DNA from: Veleropilina oligotropha
Lineage: Eukaryota
NCBI GenBank assembly: GCA_048128005.1
Contig: JBEUKZ010000097.1
Span: 62,001 to 126,000, forward strand
Length of the DNA: 64,000 nt
Reading direction: 5' to 3'
Part shown: in pieces, positions 52,336 through 64,000 of the stretch
How positions within the stretch are numbered: position 1 is the stretch's first letter
Layout: the number at the start of each line of letters is the position of its first letter
Program-made: the position numbers and the translations under genes
Notes under the pieces: model-generated
Told to the model about the DNA's origin: nothing
Seen by the model: only the letters and a program-made list of their open reading frames with translations
The model's database searches: none

Positions 52336-53307
52336 ATGGCAGAGAAGAGACAAAAGCCCCTGACGGCTAAATAACTCGACGAAACCCTCCGCAAGTACTA
52401 CTACGCAGATGGGGGGTTCCAGGGCGTCTCAGCTCTGCACTCAAGGCTTCCAAAAGGCGCAGCCTCAATAAAACGAATCAGGGCGTGGATCTCGACACAG
52501 GAGGTTGGTCGGTACATGCAGACGAAACCCCCTAGAGAAGTCTTTGCCCGTTTCACAGAGGACAGGCCCGGTGTGATCCACCAGGCCGATCTTCTCTACC
52601 TCCCACATGACAAGGTCGGCTGTAAAACGTACAAGTATGCGTTGACCTTGGTCGATGTGGCCTCTCGCTACAAGGCGGCCAGACCACTAACATCGAAATC
52701 GGCCAGCGAGGTAGCTAAGGCGTTTGCTAACATCTACAAGACCAACCCTCACTTAACTTGGCCAAAAACGCTGATGGTGGATGACGGGAACGAATTCAAG
52801 GGGGAAGCATCCACTCTTCTAAGGAAGCACGGGGTCGAAATAAGACGCGCTTCGCCGGGTCATCACCGATTGCAGGCATTTGTTGAGTCATTCAACCGCC
52901 GGCTAGCTGAACGACTCTTCAGGAAGCAAGCGCATGAAGAGCTGAGCAGCAGCCGGGACAACCGCCAGTGGGTGTCCGTTCTTCCAGCTGTAGTAGTAGA
53001 CATGAATGCGACGCCAACACGACTCACTGGTCTTCCTCCAGCGAAGGCAACAAGGATGTCGCAGGTTCCGCTAGTGGCGTCCAAACCACCCCCACAGGAA
53101 ACGCTGTTACCGATTGGCATGATGGTCTACATCACCACAAACGAAGAAGACCCGAAAGATACCGGGCGCCATCGCGCAATGGATCCATGGTGGACACATA
53201 AGCCCTACTCGATTCGCCGTCGCGTATCGGAACCCCACCAACCCGCGCTCTACTACACGACATTCTCAAAGCACGGGTTCACAAGGTCGCAGCTGAGACC
53301 TGCCTAG
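52336..53307 (+). pseudogene. Retroviral-like (rve) DDE integrase, Polinton type; one in-frame TAA at 52372-52374
   Basis: HQADL, VDVASRY, LMVDDGNEFKG, VESFNRRL. N-terminal LRKYYYADGGFQG is in frame upstream of 52516. Confidence 0.9.
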
Positions 53308-56300
53308 TGCTTGTGTCGACGATTACAGGACAGGCATGTCAACCGGACGTTCCACTTGTAGTGACCCTGACTGTCATCCAGGCGGTCGATACTGAACGTC
53401 TGCCCGTGGCATTTCGTGAGGCCTGAAGAAGGAGAGCACTATGACATACCACGCACCTCGTTTCTGCAGCATCGATCATGTCGAGCACGTGGTTGACGGT
53501 GAGCGTATGGCATGCTCCCATGTAGTGGGGTCGTTTCTTTTGGCGATCCTCAACCACGTAGCGCTTGAGCCTTGTGGCGATGAGCTCTCGCGAAGGTGTG
53601 GCCTGCTGATCAGTGGGAGTTATATCACCCGGAGCGTCGTCAGGCGGCAGAACCCGTACAATCTGATCCATCAACTGGGCCCGGCTCACTGCTGTGTATA
53701 CGGCGTTGCTCACCCAGCCACTCAGACCGTGGTCGACGATGTATAGGCGCCTGGGTGGTTTGATGGTCTTCCCTTGCACCCTATGCACCGTCCCCCACCC
53801 CGCATATTTCCACTCAAGCGGTAGCCCGTTCTCGACTAGTTCAAGGGGGACTTTGACGATGGTCCCTCGATAGGCCACGGTTTCTCGACTACCCGGTATC
53901 GCTATCGGCCGACCCTGCTTGCGGTACCGATGCGAGATGCTATAGTCTGGGTCGAATCGAATATTAGCAGGAATTCGGGGGTGTGTCCTTCTGTGCTGCC
54001 GGAGCAGCTGGGTCTGGACATGCACGCCTAGAGCGTTCGTGGAGCAGATCCAGAAGTCATCGGGCTTGGTGCGGCCTACAGCTTCTACGAACGGCGTTGC
54101 GGCCAACCTATCTCTGAAGACGTTGAGCTGTTGCTGATCATTAGCGCACCACATCCGCGCCTTTACGTCGTGCAAAGCCGACGTTGGCCCATGTTGACAG
54201 CGACAGCAGGACCACGGCTCGCCACACGCCTCACACAGGCACCTATAGTCGGTGGGGACCTTGCAACATTCGTCAATGACGATAACCTCGGCTAGGTTAT
54301 CGAGTCGATGTCCCAGGGCAGCCGGGTCCCAATCCTCGATCGGCTTGCCGACGGGTAGACATAAGTAGTGGTGGATCTTCTGGACTTGTGCATGCTGGAG
54401 ACCCAGTCTCGGGTTGTTGCGGTGTTCTTGAGCGAGGTCGTTCTCGGGGGTGAGCACGACCAGCTTCCGACCACGAAATGTTTGAATAGCCCACTCGGTT
54501 TTTTCCACTCCCGCCTTGACCTGCGAGGTATAAACGTCGCGAGGTGGCCGCGCCGACATCGGAAGGGAACGGAGGTGCGTTCCCCCCCCCCCCGGGGGGG
54601 GCAAGTCGAGACGACCAACATGCTCTATCGTCCAAGCAGCAGCCTCTGGGCGCCACTCGTAACCCGGGGATTTATGTCGCCATTGCCCATACCTAGGCTG
54701 GTCTGGGACCAGCATATCTTCGACCGATTCGGGCAGGCTCTTGACGTATATGGCATCGGTGCAGACACGAAGGACATCCTCTCGTGGGAATCTTCGTAGC
54801 ATGCGGCGGAGGGCGATGTTCGTATATGCGAGTACGAAGGCTCGGATATGAAACCACTGCGTCCTGGTCTTGCCGTCCTTGTACTGAATGAGGTGGACAT
54901 TGCCGGCCTTCTCGAAGTTCAAGAGACGGTCAGTGCCGCCGAGAACATTGGCCAAGTAGGCGGCCTCGTTTGGATCGCGGACTAGGATGCTCGACTCATC
55001 ACCAACGAAGCGCACGGCCAGGTCTCTCAATGGGAAGTTGATAGCGGCCTTCGTGCCTACGCTGTATACCACCTCGCGCGCTGTGACCTCCACCAGATCA
55101 CCAGAGTCAATCAAGTCTGCAAGCTCGGGGGCAGTGATCCAGCCCTGCTTCTCCCGTAGGTGCTCGCCTACACGACCTACGGTATAGGGGTGCGTCTCGG
55201 GGCTGAATTGCCATGTAGTGAGCTGCACCGCTCCTGTCAGGGCGAGGACGTCGCTCATGGGCACGTCCTCGACGTTCGCTCGACGCATCATACTCGTCGG
55301 GAACCCATACTGGCGCACCAGATCTATGGATTCTCCAACCCCGCCACAAAGGGAGTCTTCGCAGCCAAGGTATGCTGCGCGCATGTCGAGATGGCGATGG
55401 GCGCTTGTACCTGCGGCCTCGTCATCAGAATTCCAAACCTTAGCCTCAACCTGAGCCGCTCGCCAGGTGTCCCGGTGGTTTTCTGGCGTTGGCTTGATCT
55501 CCTCGCGGGCCAACCACTTCTGGAACCGGTAAGACGTGGCGCCACCCATGGAGTGGGAAGCTCGGTGGTATTCCTCTTCAAGCTTCTTAAGCTCTTCGGG
55601 AATCTCGGAAGGATGCCAATGCGTCTCGTCCTCGAAAGCGCGGTCAATAGCCATACCCTCGGCCCTCGACCTCCACAGGGAACCATCGCTACCCACGAGA
55701 GCCTGTCCACATACCCAGACCCGGACCGTCGATGGGATGGCCCTGGTGGCAAATGCGATCAGAACCTCTCTTGTAGTTTGGTCCATGGTCTTCTGGGCCG
55801 CAGTGGTCTTTGGGGCCGCAGTGGTCTTCTGGGCCGCAGACGTAAGGGCCCGTTCTGCGATGTCGTCGAGACTGTAAACCTGTAAGATCTTGGGTGGATC
55901 GATCGGGATGCTTGCCCATGCGTGGTTGTTATGGCACGGTATCCGAATCTTGGGACGGCTCTTGTGTTTGCCGCTATCCCATAAAGTGTGGCCTAACGCG
56001 TCGACGGCAACAAGCTTGACTTTGAGAGCCGCTTCAATGGAGAACATCGCGTGTGCAGCCCCGTTCTGCAAGCTTTCGGTCGAACTGCTCAAGAATCTGT
56101 CTGCGGCTCCGCGTTAACCCATCTCCGGCTTTCGTCGTTGGGTTCTGGAAGTGGTCCACCACACAGCTAACGAAGCAGTTTACAAACTCTCCATCTTCTT
56201 GAGGGGCTAGCATTGGCCCCGGTTCTCCTTTTTGCTCCGGAAGCGGACGCAGCTCGTACATAACATAGACGAGATATTCTCGCCCCTTCTCCCAAGCATG

Positions 56301-57145
56301 CTGGTCAATGCCGTGAAGAGCCGCGGCGCTGACCTGGTCTCCGCGAACCACCCCCTGCCCCTTAATGTGCTGCTCAGAGACACCCACTTCCTCTGTCACT
56401 TGGGCAAGAGGCTCCTTGGCCGATTTCCCCACTACCGTGAACAACTTGTATTGCGTGTTGGGGTCTAGAAGTTCCAACACCTCCGAGGCCATGCCCAGCG
56501 TCACCCGAAGATCCCGCTTTTCGCACGATACCAATACACCGCGCCTTCGTCTGTGATGTCAGACCCCCGTACAACTGCCTGGAAGTCGAATCTACGACCA
56601 TCAACAGCCTCGGTAATTTCTTTCCGAATGACGTCGGCGCCCGTTTTAATATAAGCCCCATCGGGGAACAGGACTGCGACGTCGTCAACGAGAAGGGAAT
56701 AATATTCATCCGAGGTTAAGTGATCTCTCAGAAGATCGGGCCCCTTTCGAGCAATTGCCCGGGCAAGGGTCTCTTTCCGAGACCGAGTCAGACCGTGCAG
56801 GTGTGGCTTGACAATTCGATCCGTGATGTTACGAAGTGGCTTCTGTCGTATCCCGGGCTTTTTATCAGCCTGGGCGGTGTATTTACGGACCTTGAGGGCC
56901 ACTTCGACCTCGTCCTTAAGCTGTTTTAATTCGCGAGCACGACGGCCTCTTTTCCGGGGGTTCTCTACGTCTCCACGAATGGAGGGGAATCTTCCCGTCT
57001 TCATCGCCCGCTCGAGTCTCCTCCGAAACTCGGCAGCACGGACCCCGGCTATTGCCCTGATGAGGTCGTTTTTCTTGAGCTTCGACCGATCGGGGAGCCC
57101 GTAATCTTTCGCTAAATTTCGTAGTTCGCTGACGAGGAGAGGCAT
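53304..57145 (-). pseudogene. Viral replication protein: Rho_N-like + PolB-like + SF1 helicase + HNH-like, ~1,280 aa with about 5 frameshifts
   Basis: VSELRNLAKDYGL..KLKKNDLI, LDMRAAY, RVCTDAIY, LAGQGGSGKT, VIVIDE, TVHRVQGKT, YTAVSRA, SIDRLDDSQGH..NVRLTCLSCN. Confidence 0.75.
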
Positions 57146-57474
57146 CACGTATTGCGATATGACACTCGTATGCCAGTCTCTAAATGGAAATTGCTGCAGT
57201 CGCGCGACTGCAACTCGCACAATACTTTGCCGTAGAGACGACGAGCCCTTTTTTCAGTGTTTATGAGTGTCTGGGCGCCACGATGACCTCCACATGGTCT
57301 ACACAACAGAACGGCCGATTTCGTGCCGACACCACATCTCTTACATGGCAGGGGCGACGTTCTACCCATCCGAAATTGCTGTCTATGTATCTTGCAAAAT
57401 TCGTTGACGCAGGTACGACCACAAACCCCGAGGGTATTAACTTTCAACCAAGGGCATATATTCGTTCCCCACAT
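57145..57474 (-). CDS. Small Cys-rich viral protein
   Basis: CGRTC..FCKIH..CKRC..CRPC. Its stop overlaps the next ATG (TGATG). Confidence 0.5.
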   Translation of the reverse strand: MWGTNICPWLKVNTLGVCGRTCVNEFCKIHRQQFRMGRTSPLPCKRCGVGTKSAVLLCRPCGGHRGAQTLINTEKRARRLYGKVLCELQSRDCSNFHLETGIRVSYRNT

Positions 57475-57768
57475 GATTATCGCGTATAGCATGCATAGGC
57501 CAGTCTCTAATATAGACTATGACACTAATATATCAAGGAGGGTAACGGGCCCCGGAAGTCCCTAAGGGCTAGTACTACCAGCTCAGTTCAAACAGGCGTG
57601 GGGGTGGCCCCGGCCCCCCCCCCCGGGGGGGGGCCCAAACAGACTATTCTAAGCTACCCGATGTTCGGACGGCACTGGGAGCCCCCCTCCATGGATTATT
57701 CTGAAAAGGTGCTGGGAGCCTCCCCGGCGGCCGGGGACCCCTAGTCTAAACCACCCTAGTCCCCCCCC

Positions 57769-60435
57769 AATGTCGTCTGGTATGTCATTGACATAAACCA
57801 GAAAAAATAACGGTCCTAACACTGACCCTTGCGGCACGCCTGCGTTTAAATACTGTATGTCCGATGTATCAGATTCGATTCTAACTAATTGATGCCGACA
57901 AGATAAATAGTTAACAATCCATGCTAATAAACGTCCGGTAATTCCGATTTGTTTTAGTTTATGTATGAGACCCTTATGCCAGACTCGATCAAATGCTTTA
58001 GAAATGTCAAAGAAGACAAAACAGGTATGTTCCTTGTTTTCTAACGAGGTCATGATATTATGATAAATTTCAATAAGCTGGTAAGTAGTTGACTGGTTAG
58101 GCTGGAAACCACTTTGAAATTGGTATAATAATTTATTATGTAAGAAATAATTATGGATATTCTTATGGATTATCCTCTCCATGATTTTCCCTACACAGCT
58201 TAGTAATGAAATGGGTCGATAATTTGATGGGTCTGTTCGGTCTCCCCTCTTGAATATTGGAATGACATGGGCGAGTTTCCAATTTCTAGGGAAGAAACCA
58301 CACTGGAGTGATGTATTAAATAATATACATAGAGGACCGGCAATGGCATTTTTTACACATTTTAACATTTGGTGACTTATCAAGTCAGGCCCAGAAGCCT
58401 TCCTCGTCTGTATGCTCTCTATAATATCCACAACTTCTGATTCTTCGATATCAAAATTTTCCAGTCTAGAATCGTTTTAAAGAAAAAGTTTGGCAAGGAA
58501 ACCATACTATCATCCACAGTTGAAATTGACTTAAAATATGAGTTTAATTCGGTTGCCTTTTCGATATTTGAGTAGAGTAACCTACCATCATTTGACCTTA
58601 AACATGGCATTTCACAAGTGTGTTTCTCCTTCACTATAGTCTTCATTAGCTTCCAAAAAGACTTGGAATCATTTTTCTTACTGTCTAATAATTGATTAAT
58701 GTTTTTGTCGAAGTGGAGTTTTGCGTATTTCGTTTCATTATTTATTCTATTTCTAATATGCTTGTATTTGGTCCAAATATCATGAGATTTTCTATTCACG
58801 GCTTTTTTATATAATCGATCACGTTTCCTACACATTTTTACCTGCGTCTAGCAAGGTCAATGAATGGTACATGTTGTTGTTCTTCTTGGGGGGGAAGACA
58901 ATTTTGAAATGATTTCAACCAGATCTTCCATCTGTTAGGCGACTTCGACAACAAGCCAACTTGAAAAAAGTGCATGACCACTTGATGTATGAATTGAGAG
59001 ATGCTGCCTAACAGAATAGAAAATTACCATGACAGCCTCTTTGATGAATAAATATTAAATCATACAGAAACGTGGTCTGTATTATATGTATCACACATGT
59101 TTCACAGTAGTAAAAGAGGTATAACAGTTAAACATTTTAAGATTTTGCATACTTTATTAAATTATAATTAATCAACTTTATTATAATTAACTAAGTCTGT
59201 CAAAGGGGCGTAACTCTTGAAAACCAATTTGTGAATTCTATGAAATCATACAGAAACATGGTCTGTATTATATGTATCACACATGTTTCACAGTAGAAAT
59301 TTTGCTTATGACGCAGGTTATTGCACACATTCTGTGCTTGTTCTAATATCGTTATTAAACGATGGTTTATCGTTTTCGCGTACAGTTATTGTTTTATTTA
59401 GTATGCTTTGTCTAGCAAGGGATAAAAAAATATCGTTAAATAAATCGGAGGCTTCATTTAAGTCTGCACAGTTCTCGAAAATTTGTTTAAAATTAACATC
59501 GTTTATTAGATTATTGAATTTTTCATGATCTGTGTGCTTATATAGCCATATATTTCTTTTGTATGATGTTCGTTTATTCATTTTTGATTGTATACTTATG
59601 TATGTAGCCAAATGATCGCTTACATGCAAGTCGAAAACTCCTGAATCAAAGTATTCATAATCCGCTGGAACGAATATAGGATCTAGTAAGGTGGCGGTAT
59701 TTTCTGTAATACGAGTCGGTTGATTTATAATATTTACAAGATTAAATATATGTATCAAGTCAGGTAAGTAACAAGTTTGGGGGTGTAACATGTCAACATT
59801 TAGATCACCTGCCAAAATTATCGGAATATTTGTGTCCAATGTCTGAGATAAACGTTCTTCTAAATTAAACCAATATGACAGTGGTGCAGATGGCTGCCGA
59901 TATGTTACCCAAATAAGAATGGAAGATGATGGGAATGTTACTTGGACACACATATATTCAATGTTGTCCGACTCTAAATCTAGTCTGCGTTTTATGATAA
60001 TACTGCCCTTATAATAGATGGCGATACCACCGCCGTGGTTGGTTCTGTCTTTTCTAAACGGTTCTTCAAAATTTTCTATTAAAACTGCATCGTTACTAAT
60101 CGTTGCATCTAATTAAGTGCGTTTCAGTAAAACATAAAATTTCGTAATCTTGAATATGGTCAGAAATCATTTCAATTTTGTTTCTTATGCTTCTGAATCT
60201 GATGTTTTGATGCAAGATGCTGAATACATTTAAAGCATGATCGTTTTGTATCGGCCCTGGACTTAGTTCGACATCTCCGCATTTCATCAGCATGCACATG
60301 ATATAGGTAACAATAATACAAATCACATTTAGTGTCATGAAAAAAATACACCATTGTCATACGTTTAACACTGTGAAGTTTTCTGGCGTTAAATCTACCG
60401 ACAGACATTCTATAGTCATCTAATGAGTTACCCAT
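57769..60435 (-). pseudogene. LINE ORF2 N-terminal half (2A-like peptide, APE, RT N-terminus)
   Basis: CGDVELSPGP, ILCFTETHL, LAGDLN, SDH, KASGPD, NYRPISLL, FDISKAFDRVWH, GVPQGSVLGP. Confidence 0.9.
58836..59342 (+). mobile_element. HINE/DINE-like element, copy 2, in LINE ORF2
   Basis: Near-identical to the reverse complement of 2274-2797, inserted at TT. Confidence 0.75.
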
Positions 60436-61603
60436 AGTCTGTAATCATCACAATACATTTCATATTCGTTGAATGCGTGTCGGTAGAATTCGTGTTACAT
60501 AGATTCCTTAATTTCGCACAAAAATAGTTGATTGGTAAGTCCAAAGGTGATCCATTAACAACAATGAAAACAAAAATGAAAAATAAAATTAATGCGCTAG
60601 CAGAGGTTGGGTTGATTTTACCCCGCGTGCAATCGATATGCATAAGCATATACAGTGCACAATGTAAAATAAAATATATACTAAAATATATACAGGATGT
60701 CTTAATGTAAATAGTGCATCAAACTTGTAGTTGTATAATATCAGGGATCATATGTTATTAAGTATATCAGAATACCGTATTAAATGATAGATCACAAATT
60801 CAACACGTTTCTGACACAAACGTTGCTATCGGACAATATATATAATTTGGATGAAGCATGTAAAGAATAAACCATTATAATAAATAACGTAATTATGTGT
60901 TTACTATTATTCCATAGCAGGTTTTGCAAGTGATGATTCGATTTTTTTTGTTTTTTTTTGTTTTAGCATTTCAATTTATAACGAATTGTACTAATTAATA
61001 TATCTCTTGAATATCTTTCAAGACTAAGAATAGCTTTACAGAAACATCGGTGATCGATTATTGTTACGTGACAATTTAGGTCACAAACAAAAATTTGCAG
61101 AGCGCATGTAATTGGGTCTTGTTCTTTTGACAATAGTAACGAAGAAATCAGCTAACGTTGTCTGCAATCATAATTGGCATGATTTTCACATGACAGTTTG
61201 GCTGCTTGTTACCATTGACCTTGACCTTAAAAACAACACACCATAACAAACGCTAATATGCAAAATAGACAATTCGTCATAGGCCTACTGGAAAAAAAAA
61301 TAAAAAAATAAAAACAATAATAAGTTTGACGATCATTTGCAAATCAGTAATGCAACTAAAGTGAACATAAATAATAGGAAACATCACTCTTTGCATTTGA
61401 ATAACTGTTCAGATAACATTCCTTCTATAGTCCATTGCACGTACGCTACTCTAGTCGTGATAAATGTTAATTTATAAATTATTTCAGTGTTTTGACAATT
61501 TTGCGATAGAACCATTAGAAGTTAATGGTTAAGCGTACAGGTCTACACATATCATATATGTATTATTACATAAGCAATGGTGTTATTGATCCATTCAATG
61601 TAC

Positions 61604-62340
61604 TTATCTTGCTATGAATTTTAATTCTTGGGCGTTTTTAACGACTATCGGCCGATAATCGTTGTTTGTTTTGTAGAAAACTCGACCATCGTTCGTCCAA
61701 ACGTTATTTATCTTGTTCGATTTCCGAAGTTCTAATAATTTCATGACGATGGTATGTCTATAGTTGGTGAGATCCTCCGAAATGAAGATTCTATTTGGAT
61801 TATTTTTCAGCTTCGTTTCGGCCATGTAAACTTCACGCCTGGTCTTGTACGATGTAAATTTGACGATTATTTGTTGCTTACCGTTTTTATCCGATTTACC
61901 AACAATGTGAGAACGATCGATCTGGTCTGGTTTAACGTCGAGGCAAAGGACTGAATTCGCTATGGAGATGATCTTTTCATCGGTACTTTCGCCATGACCT
62001 AGTGTAACCCCATGAAACCTTAGGCTATTCCTTCTGCTGTATTGCTCCAGTTCCTCCATACGCGAGTTTAGTTTGTCGTTTTCCAGGGTAGAGGTTTTAA
62101 CTTGATCTTCAAGCAATACAACTTGCGATTGCAGCGATGATATTTCGTGTGATTGTTGCGTAATCAAGGCAGTAATTGGTGAAAGGCTCTTCTCGATCAC
62201 GGCTGGTAGGACTTGTGATACTATATTTTCCATGATTTTTGTGAACATGTCCGCAATGATCGGCTTCATGACCGTCTGAATAGCCGGCATGAGTCCCAAA
62301 ACAAATTTTTCATTTTTAAATGTATTCAAAATAAGGTTGC
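61604..62340 (-). CDS. LINE ORF1 (coiled coil + RRM-like), 5'-truncated
   Basis: LEQYSRRNSLRFHGV, IDRSH, IIVKF, IFISEDLT, VWTNDGRVF. Confidence 0.85.
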
Positions 62341-62700
62341 TTAATTCATACCGTTTTAAGAATGGATTTGAATTTAAGGTGAAGCAAAACATTACATGTA
62401 AAACACAAAATGTTATCTATGCTATGATTTGTACAAAGTGTAAAGATTTCTATATTGGTCAAACAGGGTGCGAATTGCGCAAACGAATGACTGTTCATAG
62501 GCAACAGATAAGAAACGAAAATTTAAGATTTTTAAATGTTAGTAAGCATATCTATAATTGTGCCGATGGCCATTTTAATATATTTCCATTGTATAAAATG
62601 TTTACTGATAATACTGTATAAAGAGAAGAAAAGGAGAATGTATTTATCAATATGTTACGACCACCATTAAATGTCAGTGATTTAATGCAAAAAATGCGCT
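62341..62700 (+). mobile_element. Penelope 3' part, GIY-YIG endonuclease
   Basis: ITCKTQNVIYAMICTKCKDFYIGQTG..LRKRMTVHR..KH, then REEKENVFI..PPLN after a stop. Confidence 0.88.
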
Positions 62701-62899
62701 TACCAGTGGGACGCATTAATTTCAATGCGTATATTATTTTTATTCAAAATTGACAAATTAATATATCTTTCCAATCTTGTATATCTGGTTCTATTAAATG
62801 CAGATTCCCAATGAAGTGTGCAACAATTTACTATGCTTAGCAAGTACGCCTAGATACATGGTTACATAAGGTGGTAAAATGTTAGTCTGAAACCAATAC

Positions 62900-63970
62900 C
62901 CATCTACAGTCAACCAATCATTCCTGGATATGGTATCGGGCCACAGTTTTGAGTAAATCAGCGACTTCCCCACAAGAAAACAATACCCTGGATATCATTT
63001 TAACAACTCACCCCAGCTTCAATCAACGATGTAAGCCCATGCCCTCGATTGGCAACAGTGATCATGATATTGTTCTGTTTGGTAATACCATCACTGCGAG
63101 GCGCCCAATTCATATGAAAGCAGACACCCAAGGCTTCAGAGATGATTATCCGACCTGGCGAATATAGTCGACCTGAATGATTCCTCCAAAGAAGACTCTT
63201 GGGCTAGACTCAAGTCACAAATACACAATTGAAATGCGGCTCCCTTCTAAAATGACAATCCAATCAGAAACGGGACCTTGCCAAGTATAAGAGACTACAG
63301 AAGGTGGAACAATATCGGATTTGCATGGCCAACAAGAAGTACCTGGTGGACACGGTGAGTCACAACGTCAAAGACGACTTCAAGAAGATATGGGCTTTCA
63401 TAAAAATCAGCGGACAGGAAGCCACTGGTGTTACGCCACTGAAGAAAAAGGATGGTTACCTCCAAAGCGGTAATGAGGCGAGAGCTAACATTCCCAACGA
63501 GCAATTTTACTCCGCTTTCACCTGTGAAAATACCACCAACACTCCATACATGGGACAGAGCAACATACCACCAATGCCAAACATCACAGTTGATCTGAAA
63601 TCAGCTGCTACGGAACTATCCCCGCCTTAGCAAACTTGTTCCAGCTATCCCTCAACCTAGGAGAAGTGCCACAAGACTGATGGGAGGTATCGGTAGGCCC
63701 ACTATACAAGAAACCCACTATACCGACACCAAACATCCAACTACAGACCCGTCACCAGTGTCCTTGACGTTGATAACGGGCAAGTTATTGGGGCACAGGG
63801 TGCATAGCAATGTCATGCAGCACTTTCAAAAGCACGACGTTCTATGCAACAACCAGCATGGCTTCATTAAGCGACGCTCGTGCGAGTCTCAGCTTCTTAC
63901 CACCATCCAAGAAATCGCCTCTAATACAGCCAATGGGAAGCAAGTAGATTATACTGGACTTTCGATGTCG
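62900..63970 (+). pseudogene. Degenerate LINE fragment (APE end and RT start)
   Basis: NTLDIILTT..SDHDIV, KKIWAFIK, NEQFYSAFT, NYRPV, QHGF..RSCESQL. Confidence 0.75.
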
Positions 63971-64000
63971 AAATATTATAGACACCAAATACAGTCACCA

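Larger units (their letters stand above)
45113..57768. mobile_element. Endogenous Polinton-like / MELD-type dsDNA virus, 12,656 bp
   Basis: TIR GGGGGGGACTAGGGTGGTTTAGACTAGGGG at both ends, TSD AATGT (45108-45112, 57769-57773), sharp rise in GC, intronless tightly packed capsid, ATPase, integrase and helicase genes. Confidence 0.92.
42460..62340 (-). mobile_element. CR1/L2-type LINE inserted in Penelope (interrupted three times)
   Basis: Poly(A) plus AATAAA at 42460-42482 on the minus strand. ORF2 C-terminus 43941-45112, RT 57769-58835, APE 59343-60230, ORF1 61604-62340. Confidence 0.9.

Noticed and set aside
55160..55885. 241-aa plus-strand ORF
   Set aside because: Antisense shadow of the GC-rich replicase gene, with no motifs.
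45113..57768. Bacterial contamination, prophage or LTR retrotransposon
   Set aside because: The exact TSD within a eukaryotic LINE and the inverted termini argue against these; there is no RT or gag.

Overview
AT-rich, repeat-dense animal DNA. The SINE, HINE and LINE repertoire suggests an invertebrate such as a mollusc, but that is inference. The left half holds a Harbinger/PIF transposon (transposase, Myb/SANT gene, extra RING exon), many MITEs and SINEs, and two divergently oriented C2H2 zinc-finger paralogs in an old inverted duplication. The 3' exon of a carbohydrate sulfotransferase lies at 38.9-39.7 kb. The right third is a nested insertion stack: a Penelope retroelement (RT 40.8-42.5 kb, GIY-YIG 62.3-62.7 kb) is split by a minus-strand CR1/L2-type LINE, which is itself split by two HINE-like elements and by a 12.66-kb GC-rich endogenous Polinton-like DNA virus (45113-57768). 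The virus has G-run terminal inverted repeats and a 5-bp TSD. It encodes a probable major capsid protein, an A32-like packaging ATPase, an rve integrase, several small membrane proteins, and a ~1,280-aa reconstructed replication protein joining a divergent PolB-like region, an SF1 helicase and an HNH-like domain. Most viral genes carry a few stops or frameshifts, so this copy is probably inactive.
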